In this document: positions 16,401 through 20,000 of the stretch, piece after piece | Layout of the letters: the number at the start of each line of letters is the position of its first letter | Position numbering within the stretch: the first letter of the stretch is position 1 | Virus record (IMG/VR): IMGVR_UViG_3300021964_000046 | Direction: 5' to 3' (one strand) | Source: an uncultured virus (IMG/VR IMGVR_UViG_3300021964_000046) | Lineage: Duplodnaviria; Heunggongvirae; Uroviricota; Caudoviricetes | Length of the DNA stretch: 20,000 bases | Translations under genes and position numbers: made by a program | Notes under the pieces: generated by a model | The model's database searches: none | Told to the model about the DNA's origin: nothing | What the model saw: the letters and a program-made list of their open reading frames with translations, nothing else

Positions 16401-17993
16401 ATGGCAAATAAAAGTTTAGATGGTGTCTTAACCAAAAAGGCACATACAAGAGAAAAATTTACACAACAGCAGATCGAAGATCTACAAAAGTGTATGGATC
16501 CTAATTCTGGTTACTTGCATTTTGCAAGAAACTTTGCATTTATTCAACATCCAGTAAAAGGGAAACTATTATTTGATCCATATGTATATCAAGTGGGGTT
16601 GATGCAAAGTTATCACAATCATAGATTCAATGTTAATATGTTACCAAGACAAACAGGTAAGACAACCTGTGCCGCAGTTTATCTTGCTTGGTATGCTATG
16701 TTTCATCCAGATCAAACTATTCTTATTGCGGCACACAAATATACAGGTGCCCAAGAAATTATGCAACGTATTAGATACGTTTACGAAATGTGTCCTGATC
16801 ATATTAGAGCAGGTGTTACAAACTACAACAAAGGATCACTTGAATTTGAAAACGGATCACGTATTGTAAGTGCTACCACAACAGGCAACACAGGACGTGG
16901 TATGTCTATTTCGTTACTATACTGTGATGAGTTTGCATTTGTGAATCCTAATATTGCGGAAGAGTTTTGGACTTCGATATCACCTACACTGGCAACAGGT
17001 GGTCGTGCTATTATTACAAGCACACCTAACTCAGACGAAGACACGTTCGCTATCATTTGGAAAGAAAGTCAAAACAAATTTGACGAAAACGGAAATGAAA
17101 ACGATGTAGGTATAAACGGTTTCCATGGATTTACTGTTGCTTGGGATCAACACCCAGACCGAGATGAGGAATGGAAAAAAGCAGAGATAGGACGTATTGG
17201 TGAAGAAAGATTCCGTCGTGAGTATGGTTGTGAATTCTTAGTCTATGACGAAACACTAATCAACTCAATCAAACTTGCAAGTCTTACAGGAGATAATCCA
17301 CTTGAAAATATGGGCCAAGCACGTTGGTATAAAAAGTTAGATCCTAAACAAACATATTGTATTAGTCTTGACCCAAGTATGGGTACAGGTGGAGACTATG
17401 CGGCTATTCAAGTATTTGAATTACCAAGTTATGAACAGGTAGCAGAATGGCGACACAACACAACACCAATACCACAACAAATTAGAATCTTAAAAGATAT
17501 TTGTAATCATATTAATGATATATGTCAAGCACCTGCGGCAAACAATATCTATTGGAGTATTGAAAACAACACAATTGGTGAAGCGGCACTGCTTGTGGTA
17601 CAAGACGTAGGTGAGGAAAATATTCCAGGACTGTTTGTAAGTGAACCGATACGAAAAGGACATATTAGAAAGTTTCGCAAAGGATTTAACACAACACATA
17701 GATCAAAGATCAGTGCTTGTTCTAAATTTAAAACAATGGTTGAAAACGATCAAATGAAAATACACAGTAAGCCATTAATAAGTGAACTAAAAGGATTTGT
17801 AGCAAGTGGTACAAGTTACAAAGCAAAAACAGGTGAAACTGACGATCTTGTCAGTGCAGTACTATTAAATATACGAATGATGGCTGTTCTCAAGGACTGG
17901 GATCCAAGAGTATACAACACATTTCGTCAAAATAGCATGGATGATGACGATTTTGATCCTCCAATGCCAATATTTGTAACAGGCGTTTATTAG
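16401..17993 (+). CDS. terL: Terminase large subunit (T4 gp17-like)
   Basis: Walker A PRQTGKTT, Walker B LLYCDEFAF, ITSTPN, FRREYGCEF, nuclease motif SLDPSMGTGGDY, IENN and DDLVSA. Confidence 0.96.
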   Translation: MANKSLDGVLTKKAHTREKFTQQQIEDLQKCMDPNSGYLHFARNFAFIQHPVKGKLLFDPYVYQVGLMQSYHNHRFNVNMLPRQTGKTTCAAVYLAWYAMFHPDQTILIAAHKYTGAQEIMQRIRYVYEMCPDHIRAGVTNYNKGSLEFENGSRIVSATTTGNTGRGMSISLLYCDEFAFVNPNIAEEFWTSISPTLATGGRAIITSTPNSDEDTFAIIWKESQNKFDENGNENDVGINGFHGFTVAWDQHPDRDEEWKKAEIGRIGEERFRREYGCEFLVYDETLINSIKLASLTGDNPLENMGQARWYKKLDPKQTYCISLDPSMGTGGDYAAIQVFELPSYEQVAEWRHNTTPIPQQIRILKDICNHINDICQAPAANNIYWSIENNTIGEAALLVVQDVGEENIPGLFVSEPIRKGHIRKFRKGFNTTHRSKISACSKFKTMVENDQMKIHSKPLISELKGFVASGTSYKAKTGETDDLVSAVLLNIRMMAVLKDWDPRVYNTFRQNSMDDDDFDPPMPIFVTGVY

Positions 17994-17994
17994 A

Positions 17995-18000
17995 TAAATA
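17995..18000 (+). promoter_or_regulatory. Late-promoter-like GATAAATA box
   Basis: TAAATA-TTAAT-ATG(18006); no SD. Confidence 0.7.
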
Positions 18001-18005
18001 TTAAT

Positions 18006-20000
18006 ATGATCAACTTAGATAAAATTGCAGAAGAACTGTTTAGTAAGATCCGTGGTAGATATCCATCAGTCACTTTAGGCGATGGTGATTCACTTATCAC
18101 AAACGTGCCAAACAAAGCACGTTTCTTTGATTTTGACTTTAAAGAAGGTGTTAAAGTTAATGTTACATTAGATGAAAAAAGTATAACTATACTTTATAAC
18201 AACGATCTAATAGAAGGTTCATCAGATACTGTTAAAAGTAACTGGTACGATTTTATGAGAGAAATGAGAACATTTGCTAAAAAGCGTATGTTAAATTTTG
18301 ATACAAGAGATATTACTAAAAGCAACTTAGACAAAAGAGATTACCAATATCTATCACAAAACAGACCCGGAGAAAATACAATGAGTGAAAGTAAAATGTA
18401 CGGAACTTCGAAAACAAGTTTCCAAGACATTGGCAATGCAAGAATGATTGTCAAGCATAGAGGTCCTGTGGATTATGAAAATCCTGCAGGCAGAACACAA
18501 CAAATTGATTCAATTTATATTGAAAGCAACGAAGGCGAAAGATTCAAATATCCATTCAAACATTTGAACGGCGCTCGTGCAATGGCTACCCACGTAAGTG
18601 AAGGCGGTAATCAATATGACACATTTGGAAAGCACATCGTATCACTCAGCGAAGAACTTTCTAAATTACGTACATTTAAAACTTACATGAATCGTTCAGC
18701 AGTAATGGCAGAGGGTCTTGCCGATTACATGGACATTGTAAATGAAAGAATTGATACTATCAAAGAAACAGTCTTTAAATTACAAAGACCAACACAGTAC
18801 AAGGAAGCATTTGAAAGTTTTGAAGAAACAGTGATGGAAGAAGTACCAGAAGATGTTTCATCTAACTGGATTGATGAATTAACTATTCGTCAGTTCAACG
18901 AAGAACTAAAAAGTGTGTTCCCTTACATTTATAATCTTGTTAAAGAAAACACAAAGCCTACAGAAATTGGTCCAGAAGATTTGTTAGGCGAGTTTGACGG
19001 TCCAGACGAAACAGAAGATGGTGGCAAGAAAGAACAACTCCAGGCATGGTATGACAAATACAGCAAGTATGAAGGAACAAATGATTCAAATCTTGTGAAT
19101 GGCATGATCAAAGCATGGACAGACTCAGGTATACTATCTGATGCTTATGAAGATGGTGAATGGGCTGATTATTTGAAAAAAGTAGGCAAAGAATCTGATG
19201 AACTTTCTGATGAAGAGCATGATGCTTTCCTTTCACCAGAAAATGCACCCATATCATATGCTATGAAAGCAGACCTCACAAAGATCATGGGCGAATGGGA
19301 TGGCGAAGAAACCATGAACAAAGTTGAGAAGATTTTAGGTTTAGATGAAGGTATGGACATGGAAGATGCGTATGCTTCACACTTAGACAACGTAGTTGCT
19401 ACATCGAAACATGAGCAAGGTCCAGTCCAAGAAGAAGATGAAGACAAAGACAGAGACAGCGTTAAACCTGAAATGGTTAAAGGTGTAGCAGAAAAAATCA
19501 AAGCAGAGTATGTTGACGAGTTAAAAACATACAACGATAGACGTGAAGATGTAATACAACAACTAAAAAGTTCTGGCATCACTGATCCAAAAGAAATTGA
19601 AAAAGAAATCGACGACATGGATGACGACATTTTAAGTTACTACTATCCAGGAGATATCAAAGGCAAAATTGAAGTTATGGATTCTATCCTCAACTTAGGT
19701 CCAGACGCTGACGGACATGACATTGTGGACATGGTTCATAACAGCGGAATGGATACATCTCCAGCAGAAGAAATTGCAGATCAATTTGCAAACGAACTTA
19801 AAAAAGCAGATCCTGAAACATTCAAAAAGTTATATGGAAATAAACAAACAATAAGCGATGTTGAATCAACACAAAATGAAGGCAACGAGTTTGCACAAAA
19901 AGTACGTGAACTAAAAGCCAAAGGTGCTAAGCCAGGAACCAAATTCAAAACATCAGACGGTGAAGAACATACACTTGAAGATGCTATTAGATTAGCAGGA
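18006..20000 (+). CDS. Large acidic hypothetical protein, 3'-truncated by the window edge (at least 665 aa)
   Basis: Not in the ORF track. Manual translation is stop-free from ATG 18006 (MINLDKIAEELFSKIRGRYP...) to the window end (...EHTLEDAIRLAG). Globular-looking N-terminal half (EGERFKYPFKHLNGARAMATHVSEGG) and D/E-rich C-terminal half. Confidence 0.85.
   Translation, partial: MINLDKIAEELFSKIRGRYPSVTLGDGDSLITNVPNKARFFDFDFKEGVKVNVTLDEKSITILYNNDLIEGSSDTVKSNWYDFMREMRTFAKKRMLNFDTRDITKSNLDKRDYQYLSQNRPGENTMSESKMYGTSKTSFQDIGNARMIVKHRGPVDYENPAGRTQQIDSIYIESNEGERFKYPFKHLNGARAMATHVSEGGNQYDTFGKHIVSLSEELSKLRTFKTYMNRSAVMAEGLADYMDIVNERIDTIKETVFKLQRPTQYKEAFESFEETVMEEVPEDVSSNWIDELTIRQFNEELKSVFPYIYNLVKENTKPTEIGPEDLLGEFDGPDETEDGGKKEQLQAWYDKYSKYEGTNDSNLVNGMIKAWTDSGILSDAYEDGEWADYLKKVGKESDELSDEEHDAFLSPENAPISYAMKADLTKIMGEWDGEETMNKVEKILGLDEGMDMEDAYASHLDNVVATSKHEQGPVQEEDEDKDRDSVKPEMVKGVAEKIKAEYVDELKTYNDRREDVIQQLKSSGITDPKEIEKEIDDMDDDILSYYYPGDIKGKIEVMDSILNLGPDADGHDIVDMVHNSGMDTSPAEEIADQFANELKKADPETFKKLYGNKQTISDVESTQNEGNEFAQKVRELKAKGAKPGTKFKTSDGEEHTLEDAIRLAG

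Noticed and set aside
16401..17993. Intein or intron in terL
   Set aside because: 530 aa with contiguous ATPase and nuclease motifs and no splice-junction signature.
677..19630. Short alternative-frame or antisense ORFs in the track (e.g. 677-889, 1378-1641, 2469-2690, 6928-7224, 14576-14812, 15690-15992, 18929-19111, 19169-19630)
   Set aside because: They lie wholly or largely within well-supported genes, lack motifs and SD sites, and the Ser-rich ones are antisense shadows of acidic coding sequence.
18006..20000. Apparent 2-kb non-coding gap in the ORF track (ncRNA, origin or recoded region)
   Set aside because: Manual translation shows a single open frame that simply runs off the window.
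1..20000. Stop-codon reassignment
   Set aside because: Recognisable genes are full length in the standard code and TAA, TAG (8004, 17993) and TGA (hldE) all end genes at sensible positions.
1..20000. tRNA, rRNA or CRISPR arrays
   Set aside because: Intergenic gaps are at most about 106 bp and are occupied by promoters or terminators; no cloverleaf or repeat-spacer pattern seen.

Overview
AT-rich segment of a large T4-superfamily-like (contractile-tailed) phage genome covering a rearranged virion morphogenesis module, read in the standard genetic code. The left arm (minus strand) is one tightly coupled run: gp14-like neck protein, gp15-like tail terminator, Nudix hydrolase, ADP-heptose enzymes HldE and HldD, an unknown protein and a cupin. 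The right arm (plus strand) encodes a gp13-like neck protein, a dNMP kinase with its own sigma70 promoter, an oversized tail sheath, tail tube, a second tube-fold protein, gp4-like nuclease, probable small terminase, two probable internal head proteins, large terminase and a large acidic protein running off the window (absent from the ORF track). A Zn/HNH-like gene sits on the minus strand between kinase and sheath. Most notable: (1) an ADP-heptose pathway wired into a late structural operon; (2) TAAATA late-promoter boxes, six of them 5-9 nt before an ATG with no Shine-Dalgarno, suggesting leaderless late mRNAs; (3) a T4-type capsid-targeting sequence on an unknown protein; (4) a candidate internal in-frame start in the last gene. 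Family calls come from motif recognition by eye; no searches were run.
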